64,000 nucleotides of DNA from an uncultured Gemmatimonadaceae bacterium (GCA_963843845.1 CAWJMB010000002.1:928001-992000), one strand, 5' to 3'. Counted from the stretch's first letter, positions 52,031 to 62,133 are shown. Program-made: numbers and translations. Notes: generated by a model from the letters alone, not told the origin.

Positions 52031-53407
52031 TCACCCGGCCGAGGGGTCCGGCTCGTCCTCGCGCACACCCACCGGGTCGCCGACGACGTCCTGCACGTAG
52101 AGCATCTTGATCGGCACGAACGCCGCGGCCGTGAGCGGTACGGCGACCATCAGGCCGAGGAAGCCGAAGACGATCGTCATCAGCGCCTGCGCGATGATCG
52201 TCACCGCCGGCGGGAGATCCATCCCGCCGCGCATGAGAACGGGGATCAGCAGGTTGTTCTCGCAGAACTGGATCCCCCAGTACACGGCGACCACCGACAG
52301 CGCCTTCTCCGGCGAGTCGACGAAGCCCATCGCCACGGCCGGCACCGCGCTCAGGATCGGACCGACCGTCGGGATGAATTCGAGCAGCCCCGCGATGAAG
52401 CCGAGCGCGTAGGCGGCCTTCACGCCGAGCAGAAGCATCGCGACCGTCGTCACCGTGCCGATGACCGCCATCGCGATGAGCTGTGTGACGAGCCACTTCC
52501 GCAGCACGATCCCGATCTCGGTGAGGACCTCGCCGGCGCGCTTGCGGGCCCGGTGCGGAAAGAGGTGCATGATCCCGTCGTGATACAACGTCGGCTCGGC
52601 GCCGATGTAGATCGCGAGGAAGATGATCATGAAGACGCCGGCCGTGGCCGCCGCGGCCGACGACAGGAACGGGAAGAGCAGCCGCGTGAGCCCGCTCATC
52701 TGCGTGCCGAGCCTCGCCTTGAGCCCCTCGGTCGCCGAGGGCGCCGACGCGGCCGGCGCGCGCTCGCGTCCGGCCGGTTGCGCCGACGGCTGCTGCGAAG
52801 CGGACGGTCCGCCGGCCGGCACACCCGGCTGCGGCTCGGTGCCGCGCGCCGAGGCGCCACCACTCGGCGCCGTGGCCGGCGCCGTGGCCGTCGCGGTCGC
52901 CGCCCCGCCCCCGCCGCTGTTCAGGATCATCCCGACGAAGCCGCCGCGGTGGCTGTTCAGCCACGCCTCCGCTCGGTCGATCGCCGCCGGGATCTGGCCG
53001 CGCAGCACGGTGAACTGCTCGGTGAGCGTGGGCGCCATGAGCGCCCCCGCCCCGACGATCGCGCCGAGCGTGCCGAAGACGATGAGCGCGGACGCGATGC
53101 CGCGCCGGACGCGGAAGCGCCCGACGCGCAGCCGTTCCACGCGGTCGACCGCCGCGCCGACGGCGAGCCCGAAGAGCGTTCCGAGGAAGACGATGAAGAC
53201 GAGCGAGTTCGCGAACCAGAGAAGCCGCAGCAGCAGGTAGAGCCCGGCGATGAGCGCGGCGGCGCGCAGCACGTCCCGGCTGCGCCAGCCGACCACCCGC
53301 GACCGACGTTCGGGGCGCGGTCGCAGATTGTGCTTCCCGATGCGCGGGAGGGACGTGCCGATCGGCGACGCCGGGGCGGACGGCGGGGGCGTGGGGCTTG
53401 GGGTCAT
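52031..53407 (-). CDS. AI-2E family transporter
   Basis: [35 protein letters not shown]. Confidence 0.88.
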   Translation of the reverse strand: MTPSPTPPPSAPASPIGTSLPRIGKHNLRPRPERRSRVVGWRSRDVLRAAALIAGLYLLLRLLWFANSLVFIVFLGTLFGLAVGAAVDRVERLRVGRFRVRRGIASALIVFGTLGAIVGAGALMAPTLTEQFTVLRGQIPAAIDRAEAWLNSHRGGFVGMILNSGGGGAATATATAPATAPSGGASARGTEPQPGVPAGGPSASQQPSAQPAGRERAPAASAPSATEGLKARLGTQMSGLTRLLFPFLSSAAAATAGVFMIIFLAIYIGAEPTLYHDGIMHLFPHRARKRAGEVLTEIGIVLRKWLVTQLIAMAVIGTVTTVAMLLLGVKAAYALGFIAGLLEFIPTVGPILSAVPAVAMGFVDSPEKALSVVAVYWGIQFCENNLLIPVLMRGGMDLPPAVTIIAQALMTIVFGFLGLMVAVPLTAAAFVPIKMLYVQDVVGDPVGVREDEPDPSAG

Positions 53408-53547
53408 GGCAGCGATGAGCGGAGCAAGGGGGGTGCCCGGCGGCGAGGGCGGCGCGGTGCGTACATTACCGAGTCGCGCCCCGAGTCGAGCTCCGGGCGC
53501 GTCACGTGCGCTCCCTTCGCACGACTCGCTCCCCGATCCGATCGCTC

Positions 53548-54801
53548 GTGCCTCGCGACTCGTCCGCCGCCGTCGAATACCTCGAGACCCCCGCCTCCGC
53601 CGCCCGCTTTCTCGAGCGTATCGACGGCGCGACCGAGCTCGCGGTCGACACCGAGGGCGCGAGCTTTCACCGCTTCGTCGACCGGATCTACCTGCTGCAG
53701 CTCACGGCACGCGTCGGCGACGACGAGCTGAGCGCGATCATCGACCCGCTCACCGCCGGCGAGCTGCCGGCGCTCGGGCAGCTGCTCGAGCGCTCCGACG
53801 TCGAGGTCGTGTTCCACGACGCGGACTACGACCTGCGGCTGCTGCACCAGGACTACGGCTGGCACCCGACGCGCCTGTTCGACACGCGGATCGCCGCGCA
53901 GCTCCTCGGCCTCAAGGCGTTCGGGCTCGCGGCGCTGCTCGAGCGCGAGTTCGGTCTCAAGCTCGACAAGAAGCACCAGCGCGCGGACTGGTCGATGAGG
54001 CCGCTCCCGGCCGACATGCTCGACTACGCGGCGCAGGACACGCGCTGGCTGCTCGGGCTGCGCGATCGGCTGCGCGACCAGCTGGCGGCGAAGGGCCGCA
54101 CGAGCTGGGCGAGCGAGGAGTTCGCGCGGCTCGAGGGAACGCGATGGGATCCGGAGGAATCGGAGGCGGCGTTCATGCGGCTCAAAGGCGCACGCGATCT
54201 CACGCGTCGCGAGCTCGCGATCCTGCGCGAGCTGGTGCAGTGGCGCGACTCGGTCGCGGGAGAGCTGGATCGCGCGACGTTCCGCGTGGTCGGGAACGAG
54301 GCACTGTTCGAGGTCGCGCGGCGCGCCCCGACGACGCGCGAGGCGTTGGGCGCGATCCGCGGGGTGCCGCGCGGCTCGCTCGAGTCGCGGAGCCACGAGA
54401 TGCTCGGTGCCGTGCGACGTGGCCTCGCGGTGACCGACGCCGAGCTGCCGCGGTTCCCCCGGGCGCCGCGGTGGGACCGCGATCCCGACTTCGATCCGCG
54501 CGTGAGCCGGCTGCGGACGGTCCGCGAGGAAGCGGCACACCGACTCGAGCTCGATCCGGGCGTCCTCTGCTCGCGCGAACGGCTCGAGGCCGTCGCTCGC
54601 CGCAACCCGACGTCGCTCGCCGAGCTGGAGTCGATCGCCGAGCTGCGTCGGTGGCAGATCGAGGTGCTCGGCCCGGCGATGCTCGAGGCGCTGCGCGAGC
54701 GCGGCCCGGCCGCGCCGGCCGCCCCGAGCACGGGGCGCGATGCGACGGCACCGACTCCGGAATCGCCGACGGACGACGCGTCGCCGTATCGCGACGCCTG
54801 A
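53548..54801 (+). CDS. rnd: Ribonuclease D (DEDDy exonuclease + HRDC)
   Basis: AVDTEG, FHDADYD, FDTRIAA, DWSMRPL, YAAQD; HRDC-like repeats; start 53506 also possible. Confidence 0.88.
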   Translation: MPRDSSAAVEYLETPASAARFLERIDGATELAVDTEGASFHRFVDRIYLLQLTARVGDDELSAIIDPLTAGELPALGQLLERSDVEVVFHDADYDLRLLHQDYGWHPTRLFDTRIAAQLLGLKAFGLAALLEREFGLKLDKKHQRADWSMRPLPADMLDYAAQDTRWLLGLRDRLRDQLAAKGRTSWASEEFARLEGTRWDPEESEAAFMRLKGARDLTRRELAILRELVQWRDSVAGELDRATFRVVGNEALFEVARRAPTTREALGAIRGVPRGSLESRSHEMLGAVRRGLAVTDAELPRFPRAPRWDRDPDFDPRVSRLRTVREEAAHRLELDPGVLCSRERLEAVARRNPTSLAELESIAELRRWQIEVLGPAMLEALRERGPAAPAAPSTGRDATAPTPESPTDDASPYRDA

Positions 54802-55040
54802 CTGCCGAGCGCGCGCGACATGTGGCGCAGGCGCCACGAGCGTCGCGTCGGCGCCACGGTTCTCGCGCGCACGCGCCAGGTCGGGCGCACCGGGATGCCG
54901 GGCTAACTCGCAGTCGGCATTGTCGTTAGGCACGCGGCGCACCGCTCCGTGCCGACGACGACGCTGAGGAACGAAGCCTGCCATCGACTCGACGTCACTC
55001 GCATCGCCGTCGCAGCCGTCGTCTTCGTCGCCAAGTCGCC

Positions 55041-55799
55041 ATGACCGTCGTCACTCCGATCGAGCCGCACATTCGCCGCCGCGATGCCCGCCTCGTGCCG
55101 ACCGCCGCGTGCACCGGTGAGCTGCCGATCGAGCGCGACGCGATGATCCCGGTCTTCCGCGAGCCTGTGCGCGCGCCGGTGCGCGCGCCTGTGCGCGCGC
55201 CGGTGCGTGCGCCGGCGCGCGCGACGCGGGTCACGACCGACGCGCAGCGCGCGCTCGCGACAGGCGCCGTCGCCGACGAGGCGCGTGGCGCCGGGTCGGC
55301 GTTCAGCGATGCAGCGCTCGCCGCGCGCTTCTTTCCGCTCGTTGCGCTCGTCGTCGCCGCAGATCTCGCGACCAAGGCATGGGCCGCCACGGCGCTCTCG
55401 TCGACGCCGGTAGCGCTGTCGCGCTTTCTCTCCCTCTCGCTCGCCTACAATCCTGCCTCGGCGGGGGGCGTCTCGCTCGGCGAACACACGCGGGCACTCA
55501 ACTTCGCGGCGACCGGCGTCGTCGTCGGCCTGCTCGTGATGATCGCGCCGTCGCTCACGCGCTTCGACCGGCGGGCGTGGGTCGCGCTCGCACTCGTCGC
55601 GGGAGCCGGCTTCGGCAATCTCGTCGGCATGCTCTCCAGCGATCGCGGCGTCGTCGACTTCCTCGCGGTGCAGCGTCCTGGTGGCGGCGCCTGGGTGCTC
55701 AACGTCGCCGACGTCGCCCTGGGCATCGGGCTCGTGCTGTTGGGCGGGATCGCGCTCCGGCTCGCGCGGTCGGTGCGCGCGGGGATCTGGACGGTCTGA
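55041..55799 (+). CDS. Signal peptidase II (LspA)-like protein with N-terminal extension
   Basis: DLATKAW, AYNPASAG, GNLVG, VVDFL, NVADVAL. Confidence 0.7.
   Translation: MTVVTPIEPHIRRRDARLVPTAACTGELPIERDAMIPVFREPVRAPVRAPVRAPVRAPARATRVTTDAQRALATGAVADEARGAGSAFSDAALAARFFPLVALVVAADLATKAWAATALSSTPVALSRFLSLSLAYNPASAGGVSLGEHTRALNFAATGVVVGLLVMIAPSLTRFDRRAWVALALVAGAGFGNLVGMLSSDRGVVDFLAVQRPGGGAWVLNVADVALGIGLVLLGGIALRLARSVRAGIWTV
55164..55214. repeat. 12-bp tandem repeat x4 encoding (PVRA)n
   Basis: ccKgtgcgcgcg units. Confidence 0.75.
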
Positions 55800-55887
55800 G
55801 CGACGCCGACAGCGAACCGCGGATGCGTTTGCTCTAGCGCTCGACGGAAGGCTCGGGCGAGGCGCGAACCGTCGTCGACCGCGACGC

Positions 55888-56235
55888 TCAGAATCCGAGG
55901 TACGCCCGCACCCGCGGCTCGATCCGATCGGGCGTCCAGGGCGGGCTCCACACGAGATTCACGACGACGTCGGTGACGTCGGGGAGCGCGCGCAGCTGCT
56001 GCTCGGCGTCCTTCATGATGTCGGGACCCGACGGGCACCCTGGTGACGTGAGGCTCATGTCGACCTCGGCGCGCGACCCGACGAGCCGGATGTCGTAGAC
56101 GAGGCCGAGGTCCACGATGTTGAGGTTCAGGTCGGGATCCTTCACGCGGCGCAGTGCGAGCCGGAGCTGATCGAGCGTCGGCGCGACCGGTGTCGGCGAC
56201 GTGGCGTCGAGCGGTGTGTCGGAGGTCTCGGACAC
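55888..56235 (-). CDS. DUF59/SufT-PaaD-like Fe-S assembly protein
   Basis: VKDPDLNLNIVDLGLVY, LTSPGCP, VWSPPWTPDRI. Confidence 0.88.
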   Translation of the reverse strand: MSETSDTPLDATSPTPVAPTLDQLRLALRRVKDPDLNLNIVDLGLVYDIRLVGSRAEVDMSLTSPGCPSGPDIMKDAEQQLRALPDVTDVVVNLVWSPPWTPDRIEPRVRAYLGF

Positions 56236-56242
56236 GGCCGGC

Positions 56243-57856
56243 CTATCCCTTCTTCGCGGTCGACGTCCGTGCCGCGGCCGCCTTCGCCTTCGCGGCGCTG
56301 CCCTTCGCCCGGGTCGCGGCGGACGCCGCCTTCGTGGTCGACGGCTTCGCTTTGGCGGCGGAGGATCTCGCCGACTTCGATGCCACCGACTTCGATGCCG
56401 GCGACTTGGACGCTGCCGACTTGGACGCTGCCGACTTCGCCGTGGCGTTCTTGCGCTTCGACGCGCTCGATTTCGACGCCGAGGACTTCGACGCCGATGC
56501 CTTGGACGACGTCCGGCTGCGCGCCGAGGCACGGCTGCGCGTCGTCTTCGTCGCCTTCGTCGCCGTTCGGTTCCAGCCGCTCGCTTCGTCGGCGCGGAAC
56601 GATGCCGGCATCGCGCGCACCCCGTTCGGCGCGTCGAGCACCGCCAGCTCGGCGGCGTCGGCGAGGTCGGCGCGGACGTCGGCGATGACCTTCGCCGGGC
56701 GCTGCGCGCGGGCGGCGTGGACGCGGTTCGTGAGCAGGACGACGAACAGGTCGCGCTCGGGATCGATCCAGAGCGACGTGCCGGTGAAGCCGGTGTGCCC
56801 GTACGCCGCGGCTCCCATGAGCGAGCCGCAGCTCCCCTTGTTGTTGCAGGTGTCCCAGCCGAGCGCGCGGGTGCCGGCGGCGCGCGCCGTGAACAGGCGC
56901 ACCGTGGAGTCGGCGATGATCCGGTGGCCGGCGTACTCGCCGCCGTTCAGCAGCATCTGCGCGTAGATCGAGAGGTCGGCGGCCGTGCTGAACATCCCGG
57001 CGTGGCCTGCGATCCCGCCCAACGCGTAGGCGTTCTCGTCGTGCACCTCGCCACGGAGCGGATAGCCGCGCGGCGGGCTCACCTCGGTCGGCGCCGTGCG
57101 CGTGCGCTCCGACGGCGGCAAGAGGAAGTACGTCTCGTTCATGCCTAACGGCTCGAAGACGCGCTTCTCGAGGAATCGGTCGAGCCGCTGCCCCGCCACC
57201 GTCTCGACGACGAAGCCGAGGACGTCGGCACCGAGGTCCGAGTACTCGAAGCAGTCACCCGGGCGGCAGTAGATCGGCGTCGCGATCACCTGGTCGCGCG
57301 CCTCCGCGTTCGTGCGGGCGGAGCGCCAGAGGTCGCGTCCGGCGGGGAGCCCCGAGCGGTGCGTCAACAGGTGTCGGATCGTGACGCGGTCCTTGTTCCC
57401 GCCGGAGAACGCCGGGAGGTAGTCGCGGACCGGCGCGTCGAGATCGATCTTCCCTTCGTCGTAGAGAATCATGACGGCCGTCGTCGTCCCGACGACTTTC
57501 GTCAGCGACGCGAGGTCGTAGAGCGAGTGGATGTCGACGTCCGGGCTCTCGCCCGACCAGGACAGCCGCCCGAAGCCGCGCTTCACGACGGCCGCACCGC
57601 GCCGTCCGACGACCGCCGCCGCGCCGGGGTATCCGCCCGCCGAGATGCCGCGTTGCACGACGCGCGTGATCGTGCCGAGCCGTTCCGCCGACATGCCGAC
57701 CTCGGACGCGTCCTTGAGCGGCAGCCCCTCGGAGACGACCGCGCTGTAGCCGGACGCCACGCCGGCGCGCGCACCATGCGCTGCGTGCGTGAACATGCCG
57801 AACGCGGACGAAGCGCCGAGCACCGCGAACGCCGCGGCTACGTTGACTCTGGGCAT
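56243..57856 (-). CDS. Secreted serine hydrolase (beta-lactamase/EstB-AmiE family) with Lys/Ala/Ser-rich tail
   Basis: DLASLTK, YSDLG, GEVHDEN, GHAGMFS, GHTGFTG; tail of KS(S/A)AS repeats. Confidence 0.85.
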   Translation of the reverse strand: MPRVNVAAAFAVLGASSAFGMFTHAAHGARAGVASGYSAVVSEGLPLKDASEVGMSAERLGTITRVVQRGISAGGYPGAAAVVGRRGAAVVKRGFGRLSWSGESPDVDIHSLYDLASLTKVVGTTTAVMILYDEGKIDLDAPVRDYLPAFSGGNKDRVTIRHLLTHRSGLPAGRDLWRSARTNAEARDQVIATPIYCRPGDCFEYSDLGADVLGFVVETVAGQRLDRFLEKRVFEPLGMNETYFLLPPSERTRTAPTEVSPPRGYPLRGEVHDENAYALGGIAGHAGMFSTAADLSIYAQMLLNGGEYAGHRIIADSTVRLFTARAAGTRALGWDTCNNKGSCGSLMGAAAYGHTGFTGTSLWIDPERDLFVVLLTNRVHAARAQRPAKVIADVRADLADAAELAVLDAPNGVRAMPASFRADEASGWNRTATKATKTTRSRASARSRTSSKASASKSSASKSSASKRKNATAKSAASKSAASKSPASKSVASKSARSSAAKAKPSTTKAASAATRAKGSAAKAKAAAARTSTAKKG

Positions 57857-58140
57857 CGGACGACGTGCTCCTTCGACGGCGGAAGCTGCAGGGACGTCTT
57901 CCTCGTCAGACGCGATCGGCGGCGTTCGCGTCACCAGGCGGTGGCGGACCGAGACGATTGCGGCAGCGAGGTCGCTGTCGGACTCGGGCGAGCGGCGTGC
58001 CAGACCGTCCTGCACGCGCGAGGGGCGGGGAGGCGGGTATATGGCCGTCGTCACACGATGGGTCAAGTCGCGAGAGCGAGCAATCGCGCGCCCGGTGTCC
58101 GACGAACATGATACCCGCCGCGCGAGAGAAGTTGCCGAGC

Positions 58141-58174
58141 CCCTCACCGCCCCGGCGAGGCGGGGCGGTGAGGG
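58141..58174. other. Perfect 14-bp stem hairpin in the divergent intergenic region
   Basis: ccctcaccgccccg-gcgagg-cggggcggtgaggg. Confidence 0.55.
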
Positions 58175-58252
58175 CGGGGTTCAGCGACATCGCCCGATCG
58201 TTCGTAGACGAGGCAACCCCGCGCGCGCCGCGAGTGACGAATACGGCAGGAT

Positions 58253-58966
58253 ATGGATTCCGATCAAGCACTGGTCCGGCGCGCCATCGATGGCGACGAG
58301 CGGGCGATGCGGACGCTCTGGACGCGGCACGCGGCGCACGTGGATGCCGTCGTGCGGCGGCTCGTGAGCGACCGCGACGCCGCGGCCGACGTCGCGCAGG
58401 AGGTGTGGATCCAGATCTTCCGCGCCCTGCCGTCGTGGCGCGGCGACTCGCAGTTCGGCACCTGGCTGCACCGCGTCGCCGTGAACCGCACGCTGAACGC
58501 ACTCCGCTCCCTGCGCCGCACCGGGCGCTACGAGACGTCGCTCGACGAGGCGACCGATGGCCAGCCCGGCGGCGCCGTCTCGGCGGCGATGGCCGTGGAG
58601 CCGGAGAGCGAGCGGGCGCTGCTCGCGGCGTCGATCGAGGAGGCGGCGCGGCAGCTGGCGCCGGGCGCGCGCCAGGTGTTCTTCCTGCACGACGTCGAAG
58701 GCTACACGCACGAAGAGATCGCCGAGTCGCTCGGCATCACCGCCGGCGGCTCGAAGTCGCAACTGTTCAAGGCGCGCGCGAAGCTGCGCCGACTGCTCGC
58801 GCATCTCGTCGAAGGGCGCACCACCGCGGTCGGCGACACGCGGGTCGGCGACACGCCGCACGGCGGCGTTCCCGCCGCCGTGCGAGCGCCCGCTCCGACA
58901 CCCACGAAGCCGAGCGGATCGACGCTCCGTCACCATCTGGTTCCTCATGCAGCACCTGGCTACTGA
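58253..58966 (+). CDS. ECF RNA polymerase sigma factor
   Basis: DVAQEVW, FGTWLHRVAVN, LHDVEGYTHEEIA, SKSQLFKAR. Confidence 0.92.
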   Translation: MDSDQALVRRAIDGDERAMRTLWTRHAAHVDAVVRRLVSDRDAAADVAQEVWIQIFRALPSWRGDSQFGTWLHRVAVNRTLNALRSLRRTGRYETSLDEATDGQPGGAVSAAMAVEPESERALLAASIEEAARQLAPGARQVFFLHDVEGYTHEEIAESLGITAGGSKSQLFKARAKLRRLLAHLVEGRTTAVGDTRVGDTPHGGVPAAVRAPAPTPTKPSGSTLRHHLVPHAAPGY

Positions 58967-59882
58967 CCGACTCGCGGCACTCGCCGACGAGCCGCCCACG
59001 CCGCCGGAGCGCGCGCACCTCGCGTCGTGCCTTCCGTGCCGGCGCGAGCACGACGCGTTCGTCGCGCTGCTCGCACTCGCGCAGCGGGAGGGCGCGGCGA
59101 GTCGTCCTGCCGACACCGTCACCAGCCCCGCCGACCCGTTGACGGCGTGGGATTCCCTCGCGACGTCGTTGCGTGCCGAGGGGCTCGCTCGCGTCTCGGC
59201 GCCGACGCTCGCAGACGCCGTCGAATCCGGGCATCGAACGCTCGTCCGAGCCGCCGACACGGGAGTGCGCCCGGTCCGCCATCATCCGCAGGTGATGCGC
59301 GGCGTGTGGCGCGCCGCGGCGTCGCTCGCCCTCCTCGTCGGCGGCGCCGCCGTCGGCCGCCTGACCGCGCCGGGCGTACAGACCGCCGAATCCCGTCAGC
59401 GTGCGGACGTCGCCGCGGCATCGCCGACGACGTCGGCGTCGGCGACCGGCGCGTCGGCGACCGCCGAGGTCCGCGCCGCGTCCGACCGGGGCGCGGCGAC
59501 CGACGCGTCGGTGCGGCTCGCCGCGAACGGTCTGTCGGACACCCTTCCGGTCTACGGCGAGCCCGCCGCCGGCTCGATGCGCGCGTTCGCCAGCGTCGCC
59601 GACGCGATGCAGGCGTTGCAGCAGGCACAGCGCGACTACCAGCGGGCGGCGACGTATCTCGACGATCACGACGACGCGACGTCGCCGGCCGCGCCGCAAC
59701 TGCTGCGCGCGCGGCTCGCGGCGCTCGACGAGGTCATGCCCAAGGTCCGCGAGGCGCTGTACGACGCGCCGCAGGACCCGGTGCTCACGCAGTACTACCT
59801 CACGACGGCCGACGTCCGGGAGTCGACGCTGCGGCAGCTCGGGCGCGCGTTGCCGGTCGGCATGCGGTTGAACGGATACTGA
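58947..59882 (+). CDS. Putative anti-sigma factor (zf-HC2-like)
   Basis: HL..HLASCLPC, central TM helix, periplasmic helical tail; overlaps the sigma gene. Confidence 0.7.
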   Translation: MQHLATDRLAALADEPPTPPERAHLASCLPCRREHDAFVALLALAQREGAASRPADTVTSPADPLTAWDSLATSLRAEGLARVSAPTLADAVESGHRTLVRAADTGVRPVRHHPQVMRGVWRAAASLALLVGGAAVGRLTAPGVQTAESRQRADVAAASPTTSASATGASATAEVRAASDRGAATDASVRLAANGLSDTLPVYGEPAAGSMRAFASVADAMQALQQAQRDYQRAATYLDDHDDATSPAAPQLLRARLAALDEVMPKVREALYDAPQDPVLTQYYLTTADVRESTLRQLGRALPVGMRLNGY

Positions 59883-61033
59883 TGCGCTCTCGTGCTCTCT
59901 CCGTCGCGACGCGCGGCGCCACGCTCGCTGCGCTGTGCGTGACCGGCGCGGCGTCGGCGGCCGTCGTGTCGACGGCGGCGGCGCAGCCGGGCGCGCGGCC
60001 GACGCTCAGCGCCTGCGCGTTGGGCGGGTTGATGCAGCGCGACGTCGCGATGCGGCGGGCTGGCGTGCCGCCCTCCGACTCGGTGTTCGAGCGGCGACTC
60101 ACCGACATGGCGTCGGCGGACCTCGACCGCGTCGTCACGCTGCGCCACCGGGCCGCGCCCGACGGACCCTCTCCAGTCCGCATCCGACTCGGTCAGCGTC
60201 CGGGGTGGATCGGCGTGCAGACCTCCGAGGTCAGCAACGTGCGCGAGTCGGCCGACGGGCGCTCGGTGCTCTACTGCGACTACCCGGTCATCGTGAGCGT
60301 CGAGCCCGGGTCGCCGGCCCAGCGCGGCGGGCTCGAGGCGGGGGACACGGTCGTCGCGTACAACGGTCGCGACCTGCGCTCGGGAAGCGAGATCTCGCTC
60401 GGTCAACTGCTCGTGCCGAACGACACGCTGCGTGTCACGGTTCGCCGCGACAGCCGCGTGCTCGAACTCGCCGTCGTCGTCGCCTCACGGCCCGAGTCGA
60501 TGACGGCGTGGAGCGGGGGGACGCCGGGACCGGGTCAGTCGTACAGCTACGTGTTCGTGACCCCGAACGGCGAACGCCGCGTCGTCAGCTCGTCTGCGCC
60601 GACGACCGAGGCGGCGCGCGCGGAGCGCGCGCAGATCGCCGTGCGCGCCGCGCGGACCTCCGAAGGTGGGTCGTCGCGCCCGCCGGGTGCGGTGCCGGGC
60701 GGGTCCCGGCCGGTGACGGCGTTCTCGCCGATGCTGCTGACGTTCGGCGTCGGCGGGTCGGCGCTCGCCGGCGCCCAGCTCGTGGCGGTCGACGACGATC
60801 TCGGGGCGGTCATCGGCACGCGGCGAGGCGTCCTGATCCTCAAAGTCGCCGACGGAACGCCGGCGAGTGCGGCGGGGCTGCGCGCGGGCGACGTCATCAC
60901 CGTCGCCGCCGGCCGGGCCGTGACGACGCCCGGCGTGTTGCAGCAGGCGCTCGCGCGCCGATTCGAGGAGCGGGCGCTGGCGTTGCGCGTGGTGCGAAAG
61001 GGGAAGCCGCGCGACGTCACGCTGCGCTGGTAG
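59882..61033 (+). CDS. Secreted protein with two PDZ domains
   Basis: GWIGV..VEPGSPAQRGGLEAGD and VADGTPASAAGLRAGDVI. Confidence 0.82.
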   Translation: MRSRALSVATRGATLAALCVTGAASAAVVSTAAAQPGARPTLSACALGGLMQRDVAMRRAGVPPSDSVFERRLTDMASADLDRVVTLRHRAAPDGPSPVRIRLGQRPGWIGVQTSEVSNVRESADGRSVLYCDYPVIVSVEPGSPAQRGGLEAGDTVVAYNGRDLRSGSEISLGQLLVPNDTLRVTVRRDSRVLELAVVVASRPESMTAWSGGTPGPGQSYSYVFVTPNGERRVVSSSAPTTEAARAERAQIAVRAARTSEGGSSRPPGAVPGGSRPVTAFSPMLLTFGVGGSALAGAQLVAVDDDLGAVIGTRRGVLILKVADGTPASAAGLRAGDVITVAAGRAVTTPGVLQQALARRFEERALALRVVRKGKPRDVTLRW

Positions 61034-62069
61034 CCGTCGCCGCGGACTCGGCGTCGAGCTCGACCTTCTGCAGCTTTCGCGCGGGGGGCACGAGCGACTT
61101 GTGAATCGCCAGCGCCGCGACGGCCCCCCCCGCGGCGGCGCGGACGCCGAGCTGCGGCCCGGGCGTGAGATCGCCGGCGGCGAAGACGTTGTAGACCGAC
61201 GTGTGATGTGCCGCGTCGATCGTGACGTGCCCGTTCTCGTCGCGCGCGCAGCCGAGCTGCGCGCCGAGGTCGTCGGCCGGGTACTGTCCGATCGCGAAGA
61301 AGATCTTCTCGCAGCCGAGGAAGCGGCCGTCGCTGAAGTGGAGCGACCGGAGATTGCCTTCGCGCAGGTGAACGCGCTCGACGGCGCACGTCTCGACCGG
61401 GATGCCCAACGTCTCGAGCTTGCCGGCGAGGTAGTCGTCGAGCCCCGGGTCGTCGCCGTTCGTGCAGACGACGATGTCGCGCGTCCACGTGGTGAGGTTG
61501 AGCGCCATCCCGACGGCCTTGCGCCCCGCGCCGATGACGACCGTCTTCTTGTCGCGGACGTCGTAGCCGTCGCAGTCAGGGCAGACGTGCGCGCGGTCGC
61601 CGTAGACCTCGCTCAACCCCGGGATGCGCGGCCAGACGTCCTTCAGGCCGATCGCGAGCAGCACGCGGCGCGCGGTGAGCGTCGTCGTACACGGCCGCGG
61701 TGCGTTGTCCGACGGCACGCGCGGGGTGCCCGGCCCCGCCCGATCGGTCCGCGCCTTCGGGTCGAGCACGGGATCGTAGTCGATGACGAACCGTTCGTCG
61801 CCGTCGGCGCGCACCCGCACGACGAAGCCGTCGACGAGCGTCGCGCCGTACTCTCGCGCCTCGTCGCGTCCCGCGCCGCGCAACTCGGCCGGCCGGACGC
61901 CCGGGAGCCCGAGATAGCCGTTGATGCCGAGCGTCTCCCAGTTGCGCGGGTCGCCCGAGTCGAGCACGACGACGCGATGGAGGTAGCGGCCGAGCCAGAT
62001 GGCGGCAGAGAGGCCGGCAGGACCGCCGCCGATGATGGCGACGTCGTAGGGAGCGTCAGCGTCAGACAT
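61017..62069 (-). CDS. Thioredoxin reductase-like NAD(P)/FAD oxidoreductase
   Basis: GGGPAGLSAA, CPDCDG, VFAAGD. Confidence 0.85.
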   Translation of the reverse strand: MSDADAPYDVAIIGGGPAGLSAAIWLGRYLHRVVVLDSGDPRNWETLGINGYLGLPGVRPAELRGAGRDEAREYGATLVDGFVVRVRADGDERFVIDYDPVLDPKARTDRAGPGTPRVPSDNAPRPCTTTLTARRVLLAIGLKDVWPRIPGLSEVYGDRAHVCPDCDGYDVRDKKTVVIGAGRKAVGMALNLTTWTRDIVVCTNGDDPGLDDYLAGKLETLGIPVETCAVERVHLREGNLRSLHFSDGRFLGCEKIFFAIGQYPADDLGAQLGCARDENGHVTIDAAHHTSVYNVFAAGDLTPGPQLGVRAAAGGAVAALAIHKSLVPPARKLQKVELDAESAATATSAA

Positions 62070-62133
62070 GATGTCACGCGCTGGGCAGGGAGTGTGCCCC
62101 TTCGAACCGCCGGGACCGAGACGTGCCCGGCCG

